From Candidatus Heimdallarchaeota archaeon (lineage in GTDB: Archaea; Asgardarchaeota; Wukongarchaeia; Wukongarchaeales; JBHIFL01), in NCBI GenBank assembly GCA_046761065.1, contig JBHIFL010000093.1, positions 1 through 14,205 of the forward strand: a stretch of DNA of 14,205 bases, read 5' to 3'. The translations under genes and the position numbers were made by a program. The notes beneath the pieces are model-generated. The model was not told the DNA's origin. It was given only the letters and a program-made list of their open reading frames with translations, and searched no databases. This document shows, in pieces, positions 1 to 8,196 of this stretch. The first letter of the stretch is position 1, and every line of letters begins with the position of its first letter.

Positions 1-468
1 GGAATAGTCTATGGATCTGTCCTCTTCACATGAGTCGATGACGAGGACATCGTATTTTTCCTGCTTGACCTCGTCCAAGTACTTGTATAATAGTTGTTCG
101 CTCTCCAAATCGCTTTCATCAGAGAGAGAAAATAGTTTAGCATCAAACGCTTGGAGCTTCAAATTGGACTTCAGGCTTTGGAAAAAGGATTGAGTGACGG
201 TAAGTAAGTTCGTTTTTCCGGAACCATGAACTCCAATGACAGGCAGGTGGAAAAGCCCCTTTTGTTCACTGGCAAAGAACCCGAAGAATTCAGCTATGGA
301 TTCAAGTTCCTTCTCACGGTCGATGATGATTCGGTTGTCAAAAATGTACTTGGTGACCTCTTTATAATCGAACCGAAGGGGATCTATGCCTAAATGTTGC
401 AACCATATGTCGAAACTCTCTACTCTTCCCTTCCGCCCACGCTCGAATGCTTGCTCGAACCGTTCCAT
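1..468 (-). CDS. P-loop NTPase (AAA+/STAND or Orc1/Cdc6-like N-terminal half); runs off the window edge
   Basis: Not in the ORF track. ATG at 468 opens 156 stop-free codons to base 1: MERFEQAFERGRKGRVESFDIWLQHLGIDPLRFDY...IIDREKELESIAEFF...LPVIGVHGSGKTNLL...KYDVLVIDSCEED. Walker A GVHGSGKT at 211-234 and Walker B VLVID at 34-48. The 'IDREKELESI' pre-Walker-A helix is typical of Cdc6-like/archaeal ATPases. Confidence 0.88.
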   Translation of the reverse strand, partial: MERFEQAFERGRKGRVESFDIWLQHLGIDPLRFDYKEVTKYIFDNRIIIDREKELESIAEFFGFFASEQKGLFHLPVIGVHGSGKTNLLTVTQSFFQSLKSNLKLQAFDAKLFSLSDESDLESEQLLYKYLDEVKQEKYDVLVIDSCEEDRSIDYS

Positions 469-485
469 CTTATCAATCCTTGAGT

Positions 486-540
486 ACAATTTCAAACTAT
501 TAAAACAATTCAAACGATAGTATTTAAAGATTTTGTTAAA
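486..540 (-). promoter_or_regulatory. Putative archaeal promoter of the ATPase with direct-repeat operator-like sites
   Basis: Minus-strand TTTAAATA at 521-528, preceded by A-rich AACAAAATC. Imperfect direct repeat acaatttcaaactat (486-500) / acaattcaaacgat (505-518). Confidence 0.4.
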
Positions 541-732
541 ACTGAGATTACTATCACAGCTCCTTTGCACTTCGGATCTTGATTCAGCTTGGAGACCTAC
601 GCAACTGGGTAGAATTATAAAAATTCTTCTTCTGTCTCAAAGAGAGCTAGCCGAAGGTTGCTTAACTAGTTGCCTGAGTCCATGAGACATATTAACTAAA
701 AATATGGGGGTTTTTCAGAGTTTTTTTATCCA

Positions 733-2124
733 TCAAACCAAGACTCGATAGTTGATTCCAAAATTGTCCGTGAATTCAGCTACTAGCTGTCCGGATCCTA
801 CGTCACTTTCGAGAACAACTTCAAGTACGCTATCTGATCCCAATCTCTGAATTGTTGCAAGAACCTCTTCCGGGTCGAATTCTGGACGCCGGAGCCGCAC
901 ATTATTTAATACGAGATCTCTTTGATTCACCAGTGTGAGTTGATCCATTGCTCGTTCAACTCGCAGGATCCATTTCTGCAAATGATCACAGGTACGCTGA
1001 AGCAAGTGGCCAAGTTTTATACCAGAAATACGTCCCATTATTTGGGATTTTTTTGTATAAAGTTGGCGCAAGCGTAGCGTTAGCATGGTTTGGCTAAACC
1101 ATGAAATGTCATCTTGCTTCTGGAACATCTCATGGCTGCGATATTTCTGGATCAAGGTTTGGTTATCTGAAAGAACAAGAAAATAAACCATTCGTAGCAG
1201 ATCACAGACATCGTCTTGTTCTTGGAAAAGCGCCTCACTCACCGTGGCGGCAATTTCTATGAGATTCCTCCCAGGAACTTGTGAAAGTTCTGTCATAACA
1301 AGCGCGAAGAAGCGGTGAAACTCATCGATGGGGAGGGCTCGATCTTCATATCTGGCCCACATTCGTAACAGGGCTATGAGCGGTTTGATTTGCTTCCGCG
1401 CAAGCGCTTCTGTGGGAAGGTGACTTACCATATCTTTTAGGGCTTCGGGTAATTTCTTGAATAGCTTCAAGTTGGTTGTGGGGTCATCCACAAACAGATA
1501 GGTCAGGAACCGAGCGAGTGTGCTGGCATGGGGTTGAAAAAAACTCCCGGAACGAAGAGGCGGAAGGCTTCGACCGTGAAGAAACGCTCGAGTTGTGCGC
1601 AGGTCCGTATTTGAGCGGGATGTGAATCAAACCTTAATGCACCTGTGTGGTGAGCGCGATGCCCGGAATCTTCTGGAGTGGCAGGTGCATGCTCACCAAC
1701 TGTTCGATCGCGCGGATTTTCGCGTGGAATTGTTGTTGGAGTGCTTTGGTCTTCCTGAGCAGCCGATCATGCTTGGAGGGAACTTTTTCCAGCTTTGGGT
1801 ATGCCAGGATCCGTCTGGCGAGTCGTGACAGTTCCTCTATGGCTTGGCAGTCGCGCTTGCGGTCGAAATTTTTCACACCTACGATAGTTCCCTGCATGTT
1901 CGCATAATAGACCGAGATAAAATTAGCAAAATGTAACAAGATCAGGTACCGCACGCCTTGCTCGGCAAGGGAATAAACCGCGAGATCGGGGAGTGATCCC
2001 TGCCGGAGTCTTTGGCGGGGGCGGAGTTTGAACGCCTCACCCCGGGTCCCCTTTGGACAGGGCCAACTTGTAGCGCAGGAACTGGTAGAGGCGCTTTTTT
2101 CACCTGTCTTGTGCTTGGTTGTAT
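733..2124 (-). pseudogene. Pseudogene paralog of the 462-aa gene at 6226-7614 (joins track ORFs 1634-1954 and 733-1491)
   Basis: Codon-by-codon collinear with 6226-7614. Lesions: ATA at the start position (2122-2124); +1 in A6 (2095-2100); +1 in the C/G run at 2041-2046; TAA at 1634-1636 opposite Glu163; -1 in the C run at 1617-1619; +2 in T7 (1537-1543). Net +3 nt explains 1392 vs 1389 nt exactly. The last 252 codons are intact. Confidence 0.92.
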
Positions 2125-2163
2125 GTGACCCGCCCTTTGCCCTATTTAGAGGGGGTTATGGTG

Positions 2164-3333
2164 TTAAGCGGCAAAAAGGTTTTGCCGTTTCGTACCCGAT
2201 TGAAACTTCTTTCCGGGGAGTAAGGTAGCGATGAAGAAATCTCCGGAGAGGAGGCTTTTCTCATGGAGGTAGCAGATCTTGTCCCGAGGACAGATCTGCA
2301 CCCGGGTTTGAGCGAGGGTGTTCCGCGCGAACTCAGCTTTTTCGAGCAGTTCAGCGACGGAGGCGGAGCCCTCATACTGCGCTAGGGAAGCGGTCCGGCA
2401 GAAATCGTGTTGAGCATAGTAGTGCAAGACCAGCCCTAAATACCCCCTGTCCCGGTCATCCACCCCCGAATAGCCCATCTCAAAGTCGAACCCGGCTTTT
2501 TGCAGCAAGGCAAAGCCTGGGTACAGTCGATCAAACTGACTGATCCCCTCAATCGATCGAAATTCCGGAGGCATGGGGAAGATCACGTCCATAAACAGCA
2601 GGTCCATCTCCCCCAGAATGAAGACAAAGAGGATGTTGTGGATCTCGACGCGCACCGCGAAGTATTCATGGTCTTCAAGCACCCATCGATTGATTGCAGA
2701 CCAGTTCGAGACAAATTCGGCTAAGAAGTCCGCCTTGGACTGATCTCGGATCCGGGCTTTCTCACGATGGTGGGTAATAAAATGGGCCATCACTTCAGCG
2801 ACCTTGAACTGGTAAGACTCCCATTCCGCCTTTAAGTCTGCCTCTGTTTGGTGTTCCCGTCGCTTGAGAATTCGGAACAGGCGTTTGAGAATCGGTTGAT
2901 GCTTTCGAAGGTTCAACATCCCATCAATGTCTAGGGGAAGACTGCCCGAGACCACCACTCGGGACTTCCCATTAGTGACCCATTGGTGCGAGATCCGCAG
3001 CTTGCCTGCCCGGGCGGCTTTGTCCACCCATGCCAACACGGTACGGTAGTTGGCTGTCGTAAGATCCAACCATGCATCCCACAATGTCTCGGCATCTGGG
3101 TCGGGGAGCACACTAACCCGTAAGGTCTGCCAGTTGAGGGCCCGGTTGAACGCGAAATTGACGGTCACTTGCATACCCTTCAAGAGTTGGCGGAAGAAAG
3201 CTCGCAGATCAGCAGGACGTATGTGTGGCGGATAGCGTGGCCAGAGAAACCGCACACCTACCGTGCCCTTGGTTTGCAGAATCAGGCCAGTTGGGGTCAA
3301 CCCTTTGGCCTTCCATGTCTTAATGTCTATCAT
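2164..3333 (-). CDS. Hypothetical protein (~389 aa); start probably ATG 3333 rather than GTG 3348
   Basis: Long intact ORF. GGAGTGAGG just upstream of ATG 3333 and a TATA-like TTAAATA about 30 nt upstream. No family recognised. The last ~20 codons overlap the duplicated upstream segment 2125-2224. Confidence 0.8.
   Translation of the reverse strand: MIDIKTWKAKGLTPTGLILQTKGTVGVRFLWPRYPPHIRPADLRAFFRQLLKGMQVTVNFAFNRALNWQTLRVSVLPDPDAETLWDAWLDLTTANYRTVLAWVDKAARAGKLRISHQWVTNGKSRVVVSGSLPLDIDGMLNLRKHQPILKRLFRILKRREHQTEADLKAEWESYQFKVAEVMAHFITHHREKARIRDQSKADFLAEFVSNWSAINRWVLEDHEYFAVRVEIHNILFVFILGEMDLLFMDVIFPMPPEFRSIEGISQFDRLYPGFALLQKAGFDFEMGYSGVDDRDRGYLGLVLHYYAQHDFCRTASLAQYEGSASVAELLEKAEFARNTLAQTRVQICPRDKICYLHEKSLLSGDFFIATLLPGKKFQSGTKRQNLFAA
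2166..2190. other. Perfect 8-bp hairpin/palindrome at the end of the 389-aa ORF
   Basis: cggcaaaa (2169-2176), loop agg, ttttgccg (2180-2187); extendable with aag/ttt. Confidence 0.45.
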
Positions 3334-3360
3334 GATCCTCACTCCCACTTAGCATTTGGG

Positions 3361-3372
3361 TATTTAATCTTC
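3361..3372 (-). promoter_or_regulatory. Putative BRE/TATA promoter of the 389-aa gene
   Basis: Minus strand GAAGATTAAATA, about 28 nt before ATG 3333. Confidence 0.45.
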
Positions 3373-3504
3373 CACACTCCTGGTGGGGTCATCTATACAG
3401 AATGAAAAGACCAGTTTTTCACGTAGATAGACTAATAAATCAGGAGTTGAAGTCTTATTCGACCGGGCCCCCAAAATCTCCCCCCCGAACGAAGCTATTC
3501 AAAT

Positions 3505-3744
3505 ATGTCTATGAATGAACCATCAACAAAGTGAGAATGGCTGGATCTTCTAGATAAGCATAAGGAAAGATATGAATCCAACTTGAAGAGAATCGGATGG
3601 AAAACAAAGACAATAAAAGCTTCCTTCAAGAATTGGCGTGAATATCATACAAACAAAAAAATAAGAAACCCAAGAACCATTATCTGTTCCTGTCTATCGA
3701 TCCTTAATGTTAAAAAGGAGGATACGCTTCCTCCACACAAATGA
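3505..3744 (+). pseudogene. Degraded gene fragment with an in-frame TGA
   Basis: ATG 3505, MSMNEPSTK, TGA (3532-3534), then 69 open codons EWLDLLDKHKERYESNLKRIGWKTKTIKASFKNWREYH...; its stop overlaps the next start (ATGA 3741-3744). Confidence 0.35.
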
Positions 3745-4361
3745 CTCCAAAGGATCTGAAAGTCAGCATTTTCCTGAAAGCGGGAGAAGAGTTCGCCGAT
3801 TCGCCTCCGGACCTCGTCCTACCGTTTTCCCAGGTTCGGGACATCCCAGCCGATGCGCAAGAAATCGTTGTGCATGACAACGAGTACACGACGTTCTTTC
3901 ACATCTTGAAACTATCTCCCAATTTTGTAGAGATCTATTTTCCTCCAATCACCCCCAACTATGTTGAGGAATGCTTAGTTACGTTCCCAGAAGAACGCCG
4001 TTATTCGCTAGAATCGTTCAAGATTGAGACAGTAAATATGCTTTCAGTTATCCTCTTTTCAGTCTCTCTTCCGAAAGAACTGGTCTTGCACTCCACAGGT
4101 GCCCATCTAGTCGTAGAGGGGAGACGCTTCTTCGATTGGGGGAAGTTATATGGATTTGAAGGCACCTTTTCTTTAGTGAAAGCGCTACTTCCACTCATCT
4201 GCCAAACGTTAAACGTCGAGTTTCAGGATTTCCGCATCCAATGTCAACTTAATGCGGGTCGATCGGCTCGCGACCCAATTGGTTCAGCCCTTGAAGCCTT
4301 TGAGCAACAAGGAACCATAAAGACTCCCAAACCTCAGCCTTTACTGAAAGTTGATCCCTGA
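3741..4361 (+). CDS. Hypothetical protein, 206 aa (possibly ~245 aa to 4479 with a +1 frameshift at 4347-4349)
   Basis: Intact ORF with protein-like composition and AAGGAGG at 3715-3721. A +1 frame continues LIPENIFSSNHASLEYDFPFHIEPIGTPVIRINLIKLKNGSF* to 4479. Confidence 0.75.
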   Translation: MTPKDLKVSIFLKAGEEFADSPPDLVLPFSQVRDIPADAQEIVVHDNEYTTFFHILKLSPNFVEIYFPPITPNYVEECLVTFPEERRYSLESFKIETVNMLSVILFSVSLPKELVLHSTGAHLVVEGRRFFDWGKLYGFEGTFSLVKALLPLICQTLNVEFQDFRIQCQLNAGRSARDPIGSALEAFEQQGTIKTPKPQPLLKVDP

Positions 4362-4599
4362 AAATATATTCTCAAGCAATCACGCTTCTTTGGAGTATGA
4401 TTTTCCATTTCATATAGAACCGATTGGGACACCTGTGATCAGAATAAATCTAATCAAGTTGAAGAATGGCAGTTTTTGAAATGTTGATAAGCCAGAAAGG
4501 AATATTCAAAAAGGAAACAAAGAGAAAGAACACACCAAATGCTAATTTATGATTCGTTCATGCGGTTCCCACGTCAATTTGTTGCTGGAAGAGGTCTAG

Positions 4600-4875
4600 A
4601 TGCAGAAGATTTATGCCTTGATTGAGGATATTGATCCCAAGAAGATCAAGGAAGAGCCTACAGGGATCCTTATTGATGATGGGGTGCGGACACTACATTT
4701 AGGTGAGCGCATTGTCCGGGGGCGACGCAGGACGGGAAAACCAAGCACCTGGCCGATTCGTGGGGTTGGGTTTTTATCGAAGTTATGGGATCGCAAAAAG
4801 GCTGCAGATTGGTTGGACGAGCATACACCTAATTTAGGAGTGCAATATTGGCTGGAATTTGAAACTGACGACTAA
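4600..4875 (+). CDS. Small hypothetical protein, 91 aa
   Basis: ATG preceded by GAGGT, globular composition, C-terminal motif F-x3-W-x4-A-x2-W-L-x2-H. Confidence 0.7.
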   Translation: MQKIYALIEDIDPKKIKEEPTGILIDDGVRTLHLGERIVRGRRRTGKPSTWPIRGVGFLSKLWDRKKAADWLDEHTPNLGVQYWLEFETDD

Positions 4876-4905
4876 TTCTTCCATTACTGTGTTCCTCACC
4901 ATTCT

Positions 4906-5238
4906 TCAGGATTTAGCTAAGGCATCGACCTCTTGCTGCGTCCGGCGCAATGGTTTTATCGTCCCCTCCTGCCGACCGGCATGCGGTGTATATGAATACG
5001 AAGTGCATTGTTTTCGTTTTTTTGAGTTGTTTGTCAGATCGTCTCAGACGTTCAGCTTGCGTTTTCCACACTTCGGGCATTGTAACCCTTCAGGTGTTCT
5101 AGGCCATTTATCTTCTTCTTGCAGTTCTTGTAGGCGTTCTTCCAACCACCCGACCTTTGCCTCCAATACCCAAGCATCGGAATGAGGGGCTTTAAACCGC
5201 CATGTCCTCAATTTTGCAACCCAATTACTTACCTTCAA
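4906..5238 (-). pseudogene. Degraded coiled-coil + zinc-ribbon protein
   Basis: LEERLQELQEE coiled-coil, then CPKCG (CPKC at 5068-5079). After TGA 5044-5046 the same frame stays open 45 codons and contains CTSY (4996-5007), one base change from CTSC. No convincing start codon. Confidence 0.5.
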
Positions 5239-5458
5239 CCACTATCAGGGCATTAGGATATTGTTGGTCTTTTAACTGAATCGCGGTTTGAAGTTCTTTT
5301 TCATTCTTTACTGCTATAAGCGTGTTTTTATCTGTTTTATACAACGAAAGTGGAGATACATCATCATTTATTCGTTTAGCCATTGCCGGTACTAAGGGAG
5401 GCTTCAAGTGGTAAGTCACCTTGACCCTGTGATAGAACTCGTCTTTTGACCTCGTTCT
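5225..5458 (-). pseudogene. 3' fragment of an unknown gene (5' end missing)
   Basis: The frame of track ORF 5225-5419 is open upstream (RTRSKDEFYHRVKVTYHLKPPL...) into the start of the divergent HEPN fragment, leaving no room for a promoter. Confidence 0.45.
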
Positions 5459-5961
5459 TCTTTCTGGAAAACTCGGATTTAGAAAATGTCAAATTCTTTT
5501 TTGTCTATACCCTGATGTATTTGCTTCACCAAGAGAGATTGAGAGGGCCAGATACTTTTAACAATGCTTTCGCGAAATTGAAGAACCTTGAAGCGATGTT
5601 CAAAATTGGCCTAGTTATTGATAAAGTACTTTTTAAGAAGTATAAGAAAGATTCCTTAGGGAAGAATATACAAGAACTCTGGTTGAATAAACGATGGATT
5701 GCTCATCGAATTAGCCCAATACCAATTCACCCCGGTTTGCGGGATGATCTTACTACCTTTATCCCGGCAGTTCTCACTGGTGGGGCAGAGTATGATGGTA
5801 ACCCTGTATCTACGGAGATGTCATACTTTCTTTTGCCTTGGCGCCTCAGGAACTATGGAGGTCATAACATCGAAGCACAAACCGTCTTAGTAAGACACTA
5901 CGAGGAAATTATGAAATATCTGATGAGCGCCCTCTTTATTGCTGTTGAGACCTGTTTGTAA
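5446..5961 (+). pseudogene. C-terminal part of a HEPN-superfamily (RxxxxH) protein, probably 5'-truncated
   Basis: Helical sequence with LRNYGGH (R-x4-H at 5848-5865) followed by a final amphipathic helix. TTG start without an RBS; in-frame TGA at 5422-5424. Confidence 0.65.
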
Positions 5962-6225
5962 CCCCTTAGTTACATGGTTGTAAATTTTCAGAATTCTTTT
6001 CAGAAACTTGAACTATCTACATAATTAAGATGGGGAAAGAACGCCTTCTGATTTAGGTCGCAAGAATGCCATCGCACTCCAACTTGAGCTTTCTGCACTT
6101 GAACTGACTACGGGTCTCGGCCGTGTGGCCATAGCCGCCTTCGGAATGCGGAGACAGAAAAGAAAGCTCACACACACAACAACCATTGCATCGCAGCCGT
6201 GTATCCTCATGATAGCTGTTATCCG

Positions 6226-7614
6226 TCAGATTGGGACCTGGTAGCGGTTTCCGAAGTTATCATTGTACTCGGCTACAAGTTGCTCAGAAATTAGGTTCTG
6301 ATCGAGGTGGATGACGATCATGCTATCTGCATCGAGTTGGGGGACTGTTGCAAGGATGTCTTTGGGGTCGGATCTTGGTCGCCGGAGGATCACATCATTC
6401 AGGTTAAGGTCACTTTGATTCACCAGTGTAAGATGGTCTGTTGTTCGTTCAACTCGTAAGATCCAAGTCAGCAACTGCTCTAAGGCTCGCGTGATCAGGC
6501 GACTGAATTTTGGGCTGGAAAACCGTTTCATAATTTCGAGTTTTTCAGTGTAGAGCTGGCGAAAACGTATTTTCAGCATGGCTTGGCAGAACTGAATTAC
6601 ATTATCTTTTTGCAGGAAGACTTTGTGGCTTCGATACTCACTAATAAGTGCTTGATTCTCCGAGAGGACGAGATAACAGGTCATTCTAAGCAGGTCGCCG
6701 ACATCTCCTTGCCCTTGGAAAAGCACCTCGCTCACCAATGAGACAATCTCCATAAGATTCCTCGTGGGGTCTCGGATCAGTTCGGTCAGTACTTGTGCGA
6801 TGAAGCTGTGAAATACTTCAATTGTGAAAACTCGATCTTCATATCTAGCCCACAACCGTAACAGGGCGATGAACGGTCTGATCTGCTGCCGCGCAAGCAT
6901 CTCTATATTAAAATGTCTAGCCATTTCATTCGGAAGTTCAGCCAATTGTTCGAGGAATCGCAAACCTCCTGCGGGATCATCCACAAACAGATAGGACAAG
7001 AACCGGGTTAGGAAGTCGGCATGGGGCTGGAAAACTCCAGGCACGAAGAGTCGGAAGGCTTCGATCGTGAAGAAGCGGTCGAGTTGCGCTTGAGTCCTTA
7101 GCTTGGCAGGGATGCAAATCACGCCCTCCTGCAACTGGTTGGTGAGCGTGATTCCTGGTATCTTCCGAGGCGGAAGGTGCACACCCACCAGCTGCTCGAT
7201 GGCATGGATTTTCTCGTAGAATTGTTGTTGTAGCATTTTGATCTTCTGGAGCAGTTGTTCATGCGTGGAGGGAATTTTAACTGGCTTCGGGTACTGGAGA
7301 ATACGTTTGGCGATAGTGGGAAGTTCCTCGAGGGCTTGGTGGTCGCGTTGGCGGTCGAAATTCTTCACGTTCACGATGGTTCCCTGCGCGTCTGCAAAAT
7401 AGACCGAGATAAAATTTGCAAAGTACAGCAGAATCAGGTAGCGAACACCCTGCTGGGCAAGGGTATGGAGCGCGAGATTGGGGAGCGGCCCGCGACGGAG
7501 CACCTGTCGGGGGCGGAACTGGAATACTTCGCTCCGGTCCCCCTTGGATAGAGTCAGTTGGCGACGCATGAACTGGTACAGTCGTTTTTTTACTTGCCTG
7601 TGGCTTGGCGGCAC
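6226..7614 (-). CDS. Hypothetical protein, 462 aa; helical/coiled middle and predicted C-terminal Ig-like beta domain
   Basis: Intact ORF, GTG start preceded by GGGGTGA, conserved in the paralog at 733-2124. The C-terminus LTLVNQSDLNLNDV...LVAEYNDNFGNRYQV has an Ig/CARDB-like strand pattern (inference). Confidence 0.88.
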   Translation of the reverse strand: MPPSHRQVKKRLYQFMRRQLTLSKGDRSEVFQFRPRQVLRRGPLPNLALHTLAQQGVRYLILLYFANFISVYFADAQGTIVNVKNFDRQRDHQALEELPTIAKRILQYPKPVKIPSTHEQLLQKIKMLQQQFYEKIHAIEQLVGVHLPPRKIPGITLTNQLQEGVICIPAKLRTQAQLDRFFTIEAFRLFVPGVFQPHADFLTRFLSYLFVDDPAGGLRFLEQLAELPNEMARHFNIEMLARQQIRPFIALLRLWARYEDRVFTIEVFHSFIAQVLTELIRDPTRNLMEIVSLVSEVLFQGQGDVGDLLRMTCYLVLSENQALISEYRSHKVFLQKDNVIQFCQAMLKIRFRQLYTEKLEIMKRFSSPKFSRLITRALEQLLTWILRVERTTDHLTLVNQSDLNLNDVILRRPRSDPKDILATVPQLDADSMIVIHLDQNLISEQLVAEYNDNFGNRYQVPI

Positions 7615-7715
7615 GCGATCACCCCTTACCCGTATCTTGAGGGATCCTGCGGAGTTAGGTGGCTAAAAGAGTTCTGTCTTTCGCCCACGGTTGAATGTTC
7701 CGCTGGGGGATTAAG
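7615..7715 (-). promoter_or_regulatory. Upstream region conserved between the two paralogs (other copy 2125-2224)
   Basis: cttaatcccc..gaacattcaaccgtgggcgaaagacagaactcttttagcc aligns with cttactcccc..gaagtttcaatcgggtacgaaacggcaaaacctttttgcc. It contains a CGAAA...CTTTT BRE/TATA-like element. Confidence 0.55.
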
Positions 7716-7755
7716 CACGCCTCCCATGATTGGCATTTTCCATTCCCTCAAACGT

Positions 7756-7994
7756 TTACCGAAGACGCCCCCCAGGAGGTAGATGAGGTAGGCCAGACCG
7801 ATGAGGATGAGGAGCGGCGACGTGATAAAATAGAAGTTGTTGTGGCGATAGACATAGATCACAAGTTTCCCTAGCTTCCCCAGTCACTCTAATCTTGGGG
7901 CGAATTCGAGGACGAGCTGCAAGAGTTCGAGGACTACCCCCAACGCAATGAGGATGAACCCTAATATTAGGAACGGTCTCTGTAATGGAATCAT
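7756..7994 (-). pseudogene. DUF2905-like two-TM membrane protein, interrupted
   Basis: ATG 7994: MIPLQRPFLILGFILIALGVVLELLQLVLEFAPRLE*LGKLGKLVIYVYRHNNFYFITSPLLILIGLAYLIYLLG. TGA 7884-7886 sits where this family typically has W (WLGRL). A frameshift in G6 (7768-7773) restores a natural-looking end GRLR* at 7756. Confidence 0.7.
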
Positions 7995-8196
7995 TCGACC
8001 CCACTCGGCCTTGAGCCTGTTATCCACGCTAGTAATCTTGGAAGGCGGCCCTTTTTAGGCCTTTGGAAAATGTCCTCCTTTGATTTCAAGGGTTCTGTGC
8101 AAAGAAGCTCAAGCTAAGGGTCAGAGCGCCTACTAGGCACAACAGGGGCTGCGCCACGATCCTGCGATATGGATCCATGGTTAGGATGTTTCGATT

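Noticed and set aside
5044-5046. Selenocysteine codon in the Zn-ribbon gene
   Set aside because: The TGA is not at a Cys-ligand position and no SECIS-like element was identified.
7626-7862. 78-aa ORF as a complete gene
   Set aside because: It is the second half of the DUF2905-like gene, running past its natural stop into the next gene's upstream region.
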